64,000 nucleotides of DNA from an uncultured Verrucomicrobiae bacterium (lineage in GTDB: Bacteria > Verrucomicrobiota > Verrucomicrobiia > Chthoniobacterales > UBA10450): the NCBI GenBank assembly GCA_963756875.1, contig CAVWPA010000003.1, positions 736,001 to 800,000 of the forward strand, read 5' to 3'. The notes beneath the pieces were generated by a model that was given only the letters and a program-made list of their open reading frames with translations, was not told the DNA's origin and searched no databases. The position numbers were made by a program, and so were the translations under genes. Of this stretch, positions 10,612-20,760 are shown piece by piece; within the stretch, counting starts at the first letter, position 1; each line of letters opens with the position of its first letter.

Positions 10612-11451
10612 TTATGCCGCCTCTTTCTTTTCCAGAATTCTCTCGCGCGCTTTGAGCAGGCTGCGCCGTTCGGTCCTGCTAAGACTTTGGAAGCCGTGCC
10701 TTGAAATTTTCTCCAGCAGCGGATCGATTTCCTCCGCCATGAGCTGCTCGGCTGTAAGTTGGCGATAACGTTCGGCCGCGGCGCGACGCTGCCGCAACAA
10801 GCGCTGCAAGATCGATGTCCGCCCGAAGCCGAGCAGGTGTGCATACATCCAGCCGGCGACGCAGCCGCCAAGCCACGCGCTGTGGCTTACTGGACCGCTT
10901 CGGTCGACGCAAACCAGGAGCAATGCGAGCAGGAAAACACCGTAACCAAGATATTTTGCCTTCAGACGAAATGGCACCCCAAATAACTTTAGCGAACTCC
11001 ATTCCAACTCCGGAAGGATTGTGGCATATGCGGCGAGCACTGCCGCGACGCCTCCGGAAGCCGCAAACAGAACCGAGTTTGCCGGCATTAGAAAAAGATG
11101 AGTGAACTCACCGCTAACGGAGCCGGTCAGATACAAATAAAGGAAATGGCGCTGGCCGAGGATTGATTCCATATCCCGGCCGAAAGCGTAAAGAACGAAC
11201 ATGTTTCCCAGGAAGTGCCACGGACCGTCGTGGAGAAAAATCGCGGTAATGAACTGCCAGGAATAGGCATCGCGTATGCCGCGATCGCTGAGAGCGAGAT
11301 AATCGGAAACGAAACCCGCTTGATACCCTTCCAGGAAAAGCTGCACAACAAACGCGGCCGCATTCGCTCCGATTAATGCGAGCAGAACGACGCGCTGTTG
11401 CTGCCTCCACGGGCGAGCAAACAATGGTGGTTTTCGCCCCGACAGCCGCAT
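10612..11451 (-). CDS. Rhomboid family intramembrane protease-like protein with a C-terminal EEIDPLLEKIS (DUF6576-like) tail
   Basis: FLH..PWHFLGNM, ASGG (catalytic Ser region), SHSAWLGG. The usual catalytic His position reads W, so activity is uncertain. Confidence 0.8.
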   Translation of the reverse strand: MRLSGRKPPLFARPWRQQQRVVLLALIGANAAAFVVQLFLEGYQAGFVSDYLALSDRGIRDAYSWQFITAIFLHDGPWHFLGNMFVLYAFGRDMESILGQRHFLYLYLTGSVSGEFTHLFLMPANSVLFAASGGVAAVLAAYATILPELEWSSLKLFGVPFRLKAKYLGYGVFLLALLLVCVDRSGPVSHSAWLGGCVAGWMYAHLLGFGRTSILQRLLRQRRAAAERYRQLTAEQLMAEEIDPLLEKISRHGFQSLSRTERRSLLKARERILEKKEAA

Positions 11452-11529
11452 CGTGAAAAGGCTATCAAAATGCGGCGAAAATGTCGATGTATTACTGGAA
11501 AAAATCCGTTGCGCCCGGGTTTGCCGATC

Positions 11530-12393
11530 TTAGCCGGGTGCGAAAACACGGAGCGAGCGCTGGCGAACACAAAACTCGACCGGACAATTGCCCATCAGTT
11601 CGCCATCGACTTCGACCGGCACTTTTTCGGCGCTTGTTACGCGCAGGCGCTGCGTTTGAAAATATTCGATCTCCGGCGTGTTAATCTCGGAGCTGAATAC
11701 CACATCCTGGAGATATTTGATGATCTCGAGATAACCGAGTCGCTTGAAAATGACGACGTCCAACAGACCATCGTCGATCACCGCGTGTTTGAAAAAAGGA
11801 AATGGCCCGCCGTACAAACGCCCGTTCCCGATCAAGACGAACGAACCTTCATTAATGGAGGCATTTTCCGATTCAATAAACAGTCGGGGTGGTTGACGCG
11901 CTGCGATCTGCGCCGCTGAAATCAGATAGCTGAGCGGCCCAAAATTTTCTCGCAACCGGGTGCTGGTTTCCTTGACGACCTGAGCGTCGAGACCCACTCC
12001 AGCCAGCTGAACAAAGTATTTCCGGTTTGCACTCGGAAGATCGACCAGGCGTGTGTTCTCGCCTTGAATGATGTTCCAACAAAGCTCGAGATTGTTGCCA
12101 GGCAGTCCGAGTTCCATGGCGAAGACGTTCATCGTGCCGATTGGCAGCAGCCCCAGCGTGGCATTGCTTCCAGCCAGGCCGTTGACCACTTCGTTCACTG
12201 TGCCGTCCCCCCCAGCTGCGACAATCCGCTGGACCCCTTCCCGCGCCGCCCGGCGTGCCAGGCCCTCGGCCTCACCGGACCGCGACGTGGAGCGAACAAC
12301 GGCGCCCTTGGCAAGCGATTCGACGCGTTCGCGTCTGCGCCGGGCGCGCTGGCCATGCGCGGCAGGATTAAGAATAACAAGCGTGCGAGTCAC
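11530..12393 (-). CDS. Diacylglycerol/lipid kinase family protein (YegS/DgkB-like)
   Basis: ILNPAA, AAGGDGTVNEVVNG, LPIGTMNVFA, VEVDGE motifs. Confidence 0.9.
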   Translation of the reverse strand: MTRTLVILNPAAHGQRARRRRERVESLAKGAVVRSTSRSGEAEGLARRAAREGVQRIVAAGGDGTVNEVVNGLAGSNATLGLLPIGTMNVFAMELGLPGNNLELCWNIIQGENTRLVDLPSANRKYFVQLAGVGLDAQVVKETSTRLRENFGPLSYLISAAQIAARQPPRLFIESENASINEGSFVLIGNGRLYGGPFPFFKHAVIDDGLLDVVIFKRLGYLEIIKYLQDVVFSSEINTPEIEYFQTQRLRVTSAEKVPVEVDGELMGNCPVEFCVRQRSLRVFAPG

Positions 12394-12444
12394 GGGACTT
12401 TACAATTTCTTTTCTTCGAACTTGAGCTGGGTAACGTTCTGCAC

Positions 12445-13996
12445 GTGCAAAGACTCATCCGAATCATCCTGATCGTTCTCGGAGGATTGTCGATCTTCGC
12501 CGTGGTTCTTTTACTCGGGATGAATTTGTATGTGCAATCGCAGGGCACTCAAGCGCGGATTAGGCAGGAACTGAGCCAGCGTCTCGGCACGACACTGCAT
12601 ATTCAGCGAACCAGCGTGACGCCATGGGGAGGTCTTAAATTAAGCGGCATCGCCGTTCCGCAAGCTCCCGGTTCAACACAAGCTTCGGCGAATTTTCTCG
12701 AGGCGAAATCGTTCGGACTGCGAGTCAGGATCTTTTCGCTCTTTTCCCGGCGTCTCGTCGTTACAAATGTCTCGCTGATTGACCCGAAGGTGATCTGGCC
12801 GCAGGACCAGGATGGGAAATGGAGGCTGCCGGGTGCGGAGGAGGAAAAATTCGAAGCTGCGGCCAGGACAGGTGAAGCAGTCGAGGAATCACCCACGCCA
12901 AGGTCGACTGCAGAAACAGTTGCACCTTTGAAGCCGGCTCACGCAACGGCTTCTTTTTCCAAGCGTGCAACCAACAGGAAATTTACGTTTGTTCCGGACG
13001 TTCGACGTCTGAAGGTGGCGGGCGGCGATTTTCGATTTTTGGATCGGTCCGGAAACCTTGTCGCTGCTTTCGAAGACGTTGGATTTCGTTCCAGCGTTCG
13101 CAACTCGGTTGATCTGGACGGTCGCGTTACGGTTGAAAAAATTTCGATTCGCGATCGCTTTTTCCTGGAGAAGCTGACGTCTCCGCTGCGTTATCAGCCG
13201 GGTAAGCTGGAGTTGTCGAAGATCTCTGCGCAAGCCGGCGGCGGCGACATCATGGGCCATTTCTCCATGCAGCCGCAAACCGCGGATTCGCCGTTCACAG
13301 TGGAAGTAAAATTTCGCAAGGTCCCTGTCGATCGCATCATCATCGAGGCAGGCGGCCCGCGCGGACTCGTCCAGGGTGAGATTGAAGGCAGCTTGCAAGC
13401 AGCAGGGAAAGCTGCCGATCCGAACGCGCTGGTCGGAAATGGTGAAATTCTCTTGAGGAATGGAGAGGTCCGGCAATACAGCCTGCTCGTCGCACTGGGC
13501 CAGATTTTGCAAATCGAGGAGCTAAAGCAGCTTCATCTTGAGGAGGCGGAAGCCAAATATCACATGACTCCCGGCCTCGTTACCGTGGACGAACTGATTT
13601 TGCGCTCGCAAAATATCCGGCTTTCCGCAACCGGCACGATCAGCTTTGCCGGCAAATTGCACCTCGATTCGCGGCTTGCCATAGACGAAAAAATTCGCGC
13701 CCGGCTTTTTAAGCCGATTCGGGTGAATTTTCAGCCAATCGATGAACCCGGATACTCGGCGGTCGATTTCCAGGTGACCGGGTACGATCAAACGGCCAAA
13801 AACGAACCTGCTTAAAAAAGTGGTTGGGCACGATCTGGAGGATTTGTTCGGTCGTTTCCTGGGCGGAAAGAAGGCGCGCCCGAAGAGGAACAAGTCCGAA
13901 GTTGTATCGCCGGCCGAGCCGCCCACTCCATCGCCGGCACCCAGTCGGGCCAGCGATGCAACCGAAGCTGCGGTTACGCCGAGTCCTTCGCCATGA
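12445..13996 (+). CDS. AsmA-like protein (one apparent +1 frameshift near 13780)
   Basis: N-terminal TM anchor after GTG 12445 and a beta-rich AsmA-like C-terminus. Removing one G in accgggtacg gives VTGTIKRPKTNLL...SPSP* with its stop overlapping the rsmD ATG. Confidence 0.7.
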
Positions 13997-14544
13997 GAGT
14001 GATCGCCGGTAGCGCCGGCGGTGTCAGGTTGTCTGTTCCCAGAACCGGCGTCCGCCCGACCATGGATCGGGTCAAGGCGGCCATTTTTTCCAGTTTGGGT
14101 GACACGGTCATCGGCGCGCGAGTTCTCGATCTTTTCGCGGGCAGTGGCGCGCTGGGCATTGAAGCACTCAGTCGGGGCGCTTCGTTTGCGCTCTTTGTAG
14201 ACGACGATCGGCAATCCATCGTGACGATTGAACAAAATCTGGCCAGGACCGGCCTTCAAGGGCAGTTGCGGAAACAAGACGCATTCATCTTCCTGCGCGG
14301 CATGACTTCGGGCCAAAAATTCCGGATCATTTTTGCCGATCCGCCGTACCATCAGACAGTCTCCGGGGTTTCCATTACAAAAAAACTACTGACCTGCGCA
14401 AAGCTGCCTGAAATACTGGAACCAGGTGGGCTTTTTGTTCTGGAAAAACATCCCGCGGAGAAAATGCCGGACGCGCCGTTCTGGAAGGTGCGCCGCGCAA
14501 AAGTCTATGGTGCAACTCAAGTTTTATTTCTTGAGAGCGCGTGA
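13993..14544 (+). CDS. rsmD: 16S rRNA m2G966 methyltransferase
   Basis: MRVIAG..GG, RPT.DRVK.A.F, LDLFAGSGALGIEALSRGA, DPPY. Confidence 0.95.
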   Translation: MRVIAGSAGGVRLSVPRTGVRPTMDRVKAAIFSSLGDTVIGARVLDLFAGSGALGIEALSRGASFALFVDDDRQSIVTIEQNLARTGLQGQLRKQDAFIFLRGMTSGQKFRIIFADPPYHQTVSGVSITKKLLTCAKLPEILEPGGLFVLEKHPAEKMPDAPFWKVRRAKVYGATQVLFLESA

Positions 14545-14550
14545 GGTTTC

Positions 14551-15879
14551 GTGCTGATGGAGCCGCGCGGCCGCATGTTTCGTTTTCTCTATAATTTGCT
14601 TTGGCCCGTCGGCCTTCTCCTTTTTTTGCCGGGCTATCTGATCAAAATGTTTCGGCGCGGCGGCTATCGGTCAAAATTCGGTCAGCGTCTCGGATGGTAC
14701 GATTCCGAAGTGCGCCGGCGGCTGGCACGGCAAAAATCGACCTGGCTGCACGCAGTCAGCGTTGGGGAAGTAGGAATCGCGCTCAAGCTCGCTGCGGAAA
14801 TGCGCGTTCTACAACCCGATCTGCAATGCATCCTGACTACGACCACGACAACCGGGTTCGCGTTTGCCAGTAAAAATGCGCTGCCATGGATCGAGGTAAT
14901 GTACAACCCGCTCGATTTTTGGCCGATCATGCGACGCGCATTTTCGGTGTTGAAACCGGCGAAAATCGTTCTGGTCGAAGCTGAGATCTGGCCGAACCTC
15001 GTGGCGGAGGCGCATGCTCATGGAATTCCAATTGCGTTGGCGAACGCGCGTCTCTCTCCGCGATCGGAGCGGAGATTTCGCCGTTTTCGACAGTTCGTTA
15101 CGCCTACTTTTCGTCTTCTTGATCTGATTTGTGTGCAGGAACCGGAGGATGTCGATCGCTGGGCTGCGCTGGGCGTCGATCGCTCCCGTATCCATTGCAC
15201 CGGCAGTATCAAGTTCGATCCGGGCAACATTTCTCTCGATCCAACGCTCGCGTGCAATGTTCTCCGCGAGTTCGAGATCGACGCAAACCGGCCGATCCTT
15301 TTGGGCGGAAGCACGCATTCCGGCGAGGAGGAAATTCTGGCCAGCATTTTCATGGAACTTCGCTCTCAGTTTCCGGGGTTGTTCCTCGTGATCGCTCCGC
15401 GCCATGCGGAGCGCGGACGAGAAGTTCAACGCAGTCTTAAGCAACTCGGCTTGCGCGTGGTATTGCGCACTCAGCCCATCGCTGATGCGGCGTCCGATTG
15501 CCTGATTCTTGATAGCACCGGTGAACTGCGAAACTGGTATGCTGCGGCGACAATCGTGTTCGTGGGGAAGAGTCTTACCGTCCATGGAGGGCAAAACCCG
15601 GCCGAAGCCATCGCCGCGGGTAAGCCGGTCTTATTTGGGCCTCACATGGAGAATTTCGCCGCGCTCGCGCGATCGCTTGTCGAACAGAAAGGCGCGATAC
15701 AGGTCGAAAACAAGAAGGGGTTGAAAGAAGCAATTTCCACTCTGCTGAACGACGAAAATCGCCGCGAAAAGTTGAGCCAGGATGCGCATCGAGTCCTCGA
15801 AAAGCACCGCTACGCGACGGCGCGCGCCGCGAAGCTGATTAATTATCTCGCGGCCCGGGCTGAAAACCCCGCAGGCTAG
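14551..15879 (+). CDS. waaA: Kdo transferase
   Basis: WLHAVSVGE, TTTT.TG, EAEIWPN, NARLS.RS, STH.GEE, APRH.ER, GGQNP.E. The true start may be ATG 14557 or 14575. Confidence 0.93.
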   Translation: MLMEPRGRMFRFLYNLLWPVGLLLFLPGYLIKMFRRGGYRSKFGQRLGWYDSEVRRRLARQKSTWLHAVSVGEVGIALKLAAEMRVLQPDLQCILTTTTTTGFAFASKNALPWIEVMYNPLDFWPIMRRAFSVLKPAKIVLVEAEIWPNLVAEAHAHGIPIALANARLSPRSERRFRRFRQFVTPTFRLLDLICVQEPEDVDRWAALGVDRSRIHCTGSIKFDPGNISLDPTLACNVLREFEIDANRPILLGGSTHSGEEEILASIFMELRSQFPGLFLVIAPRHAERGREVQRSLKQLGLRVVLRTQPIADAASDCLILDSTGELRNWYAAATIVFVGKSLTVHGGQNPAEAIAAGKPVLFGPHMENFAALARSLVEQKGAIQVENKKGLKEAISTLLNDENRREKLSQDAHRVLEKHRYATARAAKLINYLAARAENPAG

Positions 15880-16011
15880 CTTCATGTCGCTTGGTTCCCG
15901 CCGGCTTCGTTTGCGAAAAATGCAAGGAAACGCTGGGCCCCAGATTGGATCGTTTTCCGGCAATTTACCTTGCGTGCATCGGTCTCAATTCCGATATTGC
16001 CCGGCTTTTGT

Positions 16012-16087
16012 GACCCTATCGTCCAGAGGCCTAGGACACCGCCCTTTCACGGCGGTAACACGGGTTCGAATCCCGTTAGGGTCGCCA
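16012..16087 (+). tRNA. tRNA-Glu (TTC)
   Basis: 76-nt cloverleaf: acceptor GACCCTA/TAGGGTC, anticodon loop CTTTCAC, GGTTCGAATCC T-arm, encoded CCA. Confidence 0.97.
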
Positions 16088-16170
16088 TTCGACTCGGCCC
16101 CATGAAGGGCCTCGCTCATGCGACTTGATCCCCAATTTGCCCTAGCTTGGGCGTGGGATTAGGTCCAATT

Positions 16171-17379
16171 ATGCCAAACATCAATACCAGGAAGGGCTTG
16201 ATCGGTATTCTCACCGGCGGCGGGGATGTGCCGGGGCTGAATCCCGCGATCCGCGCGGTCACGGTTCGCGCCCTGCGCGAAGGCTACCAGGTGGTCGGTC
16301 TCCGGCGTGGCTGGCTTGGCGCGATCGGCATCGTGCGCGATGAGCACGCCGACAACAGTGAGAACTTTCAAATCCTGACGGAAGAGATCGTCAATCGTGC
16401 GGCACGCACAGGCGGCACGTTTCTACATACGTCGCGTACGAACCCGCCGGCAGTGAAGAAAGAAGATGTGCCTGAGCCGCTGCGCGAAACCTACAATCAA
16501 GACAAGAACGATCTCACCCCTGAAGTCATCAAGAACCTGGATTGGCTCGGCATTGACTATCTGATTCCGATCGGCGGCGACGACACGCTTTCTTTTGCGA
16601 CCCGCTTGCACAAGGAAGGCGTCAAGGTCGTCGCGATACCCAAGACGATGGATAATGACGTGCCGGGCACCGATTATTGCATCGGATTTAGCACCTGCGT
16701 CAGCCGCACGATTGAGTTGTCGAATCGCCTCCGCACATCGGCCGGATCTCACGAACGATTTCTCGTGATGGAAGTATTCGGACGCTACGCGGGGTTCACC
16801 GCGATGCTGCCGACGATGGCGGGCGCGGCGAATCGGTGCGTCATCCCCGAATACAAATTCGACATTGAGCATCTGACCGAATTGTTGTGCTATGACCGCG
16901 CGCGCCATCCGAGCCAATATTCAGTCGTCATCGTTTCAGAAGGGGCAATATTCGAAGGGGGTGAGATGGTGTTCTCCGGCAAGAGGACCGATGCGTTCGG
17001 GCACGCGAAGCTCGGCGGCATCGGCGACCTGGTCTCGGCAGAACTCCAAGACCGCTCCTCCAAATACAACAAGGGCAAGCCTATACATGTCATCAATCAG
17101 CGTCTCGGCTATATGGTGCGCGGCGGCGATCCCGACGCGATTGATTCGATTGTGCCCATGGCGTACGGCAACCTTGCCCTTGATCTCATCTTGCGTGGCA
17201 GCCAGGGCCGCCTCGTCGTCTTGAAGAATGGGCGCTATGACAACGTGCCGATCGAAGTGGTGACCAGCACCAAGAAAACGGTCAACGTCGACAAGTACTA
17301 TAACAAGGAGCGCCTGCGTCCGCTCTACACCGATTTCGAAATGCAGCCGCTATTCATCATGGCAAGCGAGCAGGGCTGA
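16171..17379 (+). CDS. pfkA: 6-phosphofructokinase, probably PPi-dependent
   Basis: GILTGGGDVPGLN, GGTFLHTSR, GGDDT, PKTMDND, EVFGRYAG. Confidence 0.9.
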   Translation: MPNINTRKGLIGILTGGGDVPGLNPAIRAVTVRALREGYQVVGLRRGWLGAIGIVRDEHADNSENFQILTEEIVNRAARTGGTFLHTSRTNPPAVKKEDVPEPLRETYNQDKNDLTPEVIKNLDWLGIDYLIPIGGDDTLSFATRLHKEGVKVVAIPKTMDNDVPGTDYCIGFSTCVSRTIELSNRLRTSAGSHERFLVMEVFGRYAGFTAMLPTMAGAANRCVIPEYKFDIEHLTELLCYDRARHPSQYSVVIVSEGAIFEGGEMVFSGKRTDAFGHAKLGGIGDLVSAELQDRSSKYNKGKPIHVINQRLGYMVRGGDPDAIDSIVPMAYGNLALDLILRGSQGRLVVLKNGRYDNVPIEVVTSTKKTVNVDKYYNKERLRPLYTDFEMQPLFIMASEQG

Positions 17380-17589
17380 AGCCAAAATGCGGTTTCAGCC
17401 GCCTTGGTAAATATTAGACAACTACGCGCGCGCGAAATCCTCCTTTTTCGCCATAACGCGCAGTCTACAGCGCATTTGTGGCGGAAATTGCGCAGAATCA
17501 CGAAATGTGAAAATTGGTTTCGAATCCCGTTAAAGGTCGATTGGAATGGTGTTCTCTTCGTTTTTGTGGTAGGAAATACGCCCCCTCAA

Positions 17590-18618
17590 ATGCAGACGGC
17601 TTTCTTTCAATCTGGCCTTGAACATCCGCATGGCGGTCGCGCACGCGCCATCATCAAAACGCATCCGGAAGTCCGGGAATTGATGGTGCGCAATCCATAC
17701 ACGGCCCTGATCACGCTGTCACTCCTGGTCCTGCAAACAGCGATTGCATACGGGATGGGAAAACTCGGGTTCGGTTACTGGTGGCTCAGCTTGCTGGTGG
17801 CGTATTGCCTGGGCGCGTTCGCCAATCATGCCAACTACGTCATCATTCATGACGCGACGCATAATCTCATTTTGCGGAGCAAAAGCTGGAATAAAATGAT
17901 CGCGATTATCGCCGATCTTCCCAATTTAACGCCCGGTGCCATGGGCTTTCGGGTTTATCATTTAAAGCACCACTCGCATCAGGGTGATTACGAGCACGAT
18001 GCCGACCTGGCAAATCTCTGGGAGGCGCGTCTGGTGAGCAACATTTGGTATCGCAAGGCGCTCTGGTTGATGCTATTCCCGTTTTTCCAGTTGACGCGCC
18101 CTCCGCGTTTGAAGGCGATTACCATGTGGGACAGGTGGTTCGTCGTGAATTTCGTGTGCGTGGCCGCTTATGACACGGCTGTCGTTTATTTCTGCGGCTG
18201 GGCCGGGTTTTTTTATCTTGCGTTGTCGTTTCTTTTCTCGATCGGTCTGCATCCGGTAGGCGCGCGCTGGATCCAGGAGCATTACACGAACGATCCGGAG
18301 CAGGAGACCTACAGTTATTACGGACCAATCAATCGAGTTTGCCTCAACATGGGATACCACAACGAGCATCACGATTTGTCCTCGATTCCCTGGAATAATT
18401 TGCCGAAATTGCGGGCCATGGCGCCGGAGTTCTACGAGAATTTGAAATATCATCCGTCGTGGACCCGTTTGCTTTTTCAATTCATCTTCGACAAGCGCTA
18501 CAGTTTATTCTCGCGCATCGAACGAATGAAACAGCCCGCGCCCGAGGCGCAAGCCGCCCAATCGATTGTCGATCTTGGAGGCCATGAAGTTGTTAACGCG
18601 GAGGCAATCAATGCCTGA
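17590..18618 (+). CDS. Sphingolipid delta4-desaturase/C4-hydroxylase-like (DEGS/DES1 family) membrane desaturase
   Basis: N-terminal PH..R.R.I...HPE...LM, His boxes HDATH, HLKHH, HNEHH, and GLHP...I.EHY...ETYSYYGP.N...N.GYHNEHHD, collinear with DEGS1 as I recall it. Confidence 0.85.
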   Translation: MQTAFFQSGLEHPHGGRARAIIKTHPEVRELMVRNPYTALITLSLLVLQTAIAYGMGKLGFGYWWLSLLVAYCLGAFANHANYVIIHDATHNLILRSKSWNKMIAIIADLPNLTPGAMGFRVYHLKHHSHQGDYEHDADLANLWEARLVSNIWYRKALWLMLFPFFQLTRPPRLKAITMWDRWFVVNFVCVAAYDTAVVYFCGWAGFFYLALSFLFSIGLHPVGARWIQEHYTNDPEQETYSYYGPINRVCLNMGYHNEHHDLSSIPWNNLPKLRAMAPEFYENLKYHPSWTRLLFQFIFDKRYSLFSRIERMKQPAPEAQAAQSIVDLGGHEVVNAEAINA

Positions 18619-19234
18619 ACCGGCGAAACGATTCTACGTTTCGAACAAGAACGAGAGCGTGCCGATGTTCGAAAGTAAGTTCATGGAGTTTTTTTCCCAC
18701 ATCCATCCGGCGACACCGGTGATTTTGTATGTGCCGGTGATCGTTTACCTGCTCTACCGCGCGCTCGCGCCGGGGCAAATGCCGATCCTGGCGGTGATGG
18801 TGCTTTTCCTGATTGGCGTCCTCATGTGGACGCTGTTGGAGTACATGGTCCACCGTTATGTTTTTCATTACGAACCGAAAAGCCGGCCGGGTAAGGCTTT
18901 GCACTTCATCATTCACGGCGTGCACCATGATTATCCGAACGATGCGAGCCGCCTTGTTTTGCCACCCGTGATTAGTGTCCCGATGGCGGTTCTATTTTAC
19001 TTCTTGTTTGCTTTCACTTTTGGGCAATTTGCCCCGGCCATTTCGGCTGGTTTTGGGACGGGCTACGTTTGCTACGACATGATTCACTACGCTACGCATC
19101 ATTTTCCGATGCGAAGCAGGGTCGGTCTTTGGCTCAAACAGTATCATCTGCGCCATCATTACAAAGACGACGAGGCCGGCTTCGGCGTTAGCTCTCCCCT
19201 GTGGGACTATATTTTTGGGACCACCCGAAAATAG
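18611..19234 (+). CDS. Fatty acid 2-hydroxylase-like (FA2H/Scs7 family) protein, without a cytochrome b5 domain
   Basis: WTLLEY..HR..FH, HG.HH.YP.D..RLV.PP, GYVCYD..H...HH, HL.HHYK...GFGV.S..WD.IFGT. Confidence 0.85.
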   Translation: MPEPAKRFYVSNKNESVPMFESKFMEFFSHIHPATPVILYVPVIVYLLYRALAPGQMPILAVMVLFLIGVLMWTLLEYMVHRYVFHYEPKSRPGKALHFIIHGVHHDYPNDASRLVLPPVISVPMAVLFYFLFAFTFGQFAPAISAGFGTGYVCYDMIHYATHHFPMRSRVGLWLKQYHLRHHYKDDEAGFGVSSPLWDYIFGTTRK

Positions 19235-19291
19235 TCCTGGCCGGCTCAAAATCGAGATGGAAAGGGCCTAAAAAAAGTTGCGACTAAAGCC

Positions 19292-19319
19292 TTGTCGTAA
19301 GCGGCGAAGGCGCTACAAT
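19292..19319 (+). promoter_or_regulatory. Possible sigma70 promoter upstream of the SPT-like operon
   Basis: TTGTCG-16 nt-TACAAT in the intergenic region; weak match only. Confidence 0.3.
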
Positions 19320-19463
19320 AGCTGCCCCGATATGGAACTCTCCGGCACACCAGCTGGTGAGCCTTACATAAGGTATTGAAAACAATTAAGTTACATACAA
19401 GCGATTCCAGAGAGTCCTGCGCCATTAACTGGCGAGCGAAGATTTCGCGACTGGGCTCGCAAG

Positions 19464-20744
19464 ATGGATCAGGAAGGGGAATATCAACCGACGATGAGCC
19501 AGGACCCCTTCAAGCTTAGTCTCAGTAATTTCCTGGCCGCCGAGAGCAGCGATCCGCTGCAGGCTCCGCAAAGTTTCACAAATTGGGTGCGCGAGAGCGC
19601 GTGGGCCCGCGAATTGTACGAGCCCGAACTTCTTGGAACGGCGGACGCGCGCACGACGATCAATTACGATGGCAAGCCGGTCTCGGTTATCAATTTTTGT
19701 TCCTACAACTATCTTGGTCTGGCCAATCACCCGGAGGTTATTGCCGCCGCCCATCAGGCGCTCAGCACCCACGGCCTTGGCGCCTGCGGCGCGCCGATGC
19801 TCTCCGGCATGACCGATCTGCACCGGGAGCTGGAGCGGCGCGTTGCAAAATTTCTCGGGCGTGAAGACGCGATGCTTTTCAACAGCGGGTTCGGAGGGGC
19901 GCTCGGGACAATCTCTGGATTTCTTCGCAAGAGCGACGTCGCCATTCTCGACAATCGATCCCATCTCAGTCTCCGGGACGGCGCGATCCTGTCACGCTGT
20001 CGTACGGAAAAATTTGAACATAACGATCCAGAGTCGCTCGATACCGCGTTGAGCCGGCAACGCAATCGCCGTCAGCTTGTCGTCGTGGAAGGCATCTATT
20101 CCATGGATGGCGATTTCGGAAATCTGCAGGAATTGATCAGCGTCGCAGATTTGCACGGAGCCAGCGTTTTCGTCGACGAAGCGCACTCGATGTTGGGTTG
20201 TGGCGAAAACGGTCGGGGCGCGGCCGAAAAGTTCGGCGTGGAGCATCGGATTCCGCTCATCTACGGGACTTTTTCGAAGGCGTTTGGAGCCCTGGGTGGA
20301 TTCGTGGCCGGCTCGAAGGAGACTCTCCAATACCTGCGCTTTTACGCCCATCCCTACGTTTATTCTTGCGCCTTGCCCCCGGTGGTGGTGGCGGGAATTC
20401 TCAAAGCACTCGAGATCGGCATGCGGCAACCAGAGTTGCGAACACAACTTTGGGAGAATGCCGATTATTTTCATGCGCAACTTCGCGGTCTCGGCATCGA
20501 TACCGGGAAATCGACAACCTATATCATGCCGATCGTGATCGGGGAACGCGAGCGCATGTATCGCCTGGGCCATGAGCTGCGCCGGCGCGGTTTGTGGGTT
20601 GCACCGGTGGATTATCCGGCCGTGCCGTTGAATCGAGTCTGCTTCCGGGCCTGCGTTTCCGCCAAACACACGCGGGCTGACCTCGACGAAGCGCTCAATA
20701 TTCTCGAGGACACGCTGGTTCCGGCTGCGCTCCAAAGCGCCTGA
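19464..20744 (+). CDS. PLP-dependent alpha-oxoamine synthase, probable serine palmitoyltransferase
   Basis: SYNYLGL, EGIYSMDGD, DEAH, GTFSK (PLP lysine). The SPT call rests on GTFSK and on neighbouring sphingolipid genes. Confidence 0.75.
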   Translation: MDQEGEYQPTMSQDPFKLSLSNFLAAESSDPLQAPQSFTNWVRESAWARELYEPELLGTADARTTINYDGKPVSVINFCSYNYLGLANHPEVIAAAHQALSTHGLGACGAPMLSGMTDLHRELERRVAKFLGREDAMLFNSGFGGALGTISGFLRKSDVAILDNRSHLSLRDGAILSRCRTEKFEHNDPESLDTALSRQRNRRQLVVVEGIYSMDGDFGNLQELISVADLHGASVFVDEAHSMLGCGENGRGAAEKFGVEHRIPLIYGTFSKAFGALGGFVAGSKETLQYLRFYAHPYVYSCALPPVVVAGILKALEIGMRQPELRTQLWENADYFHAQLRGLGIDTGKSTTYIMPIVIGERERMYRLGHELRRRGLWVAPVDYPAVPLNRVCFRACVSAKHTRADLDEALNILEDTLVPAALQSA

Positions 20745-20760
20745 AGCAGCGCTTGGCGAG

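Noticed and set aside
12064..12444. N-terminal 127 aa of the AsmA-like ORF
   Set aside because: Overlaps the lipid-kinase gene on the opposite strand; the TM anchor starts at GTG 12445.
16012..16130. tRNA-Glu as an integration site making the lipid locus a genomic island
   Set aside because: No integrase or transposase, and I saw no duplicated tRNA 3' end in the window; only a small palindrome follows the tRNA.
19464..20744. BioF or Kbl annotation
   Set aside because: No biotin or threonine-catabolism genes nearby; GTFSK and the sphingolipid context favour SPT, though this is not proven.
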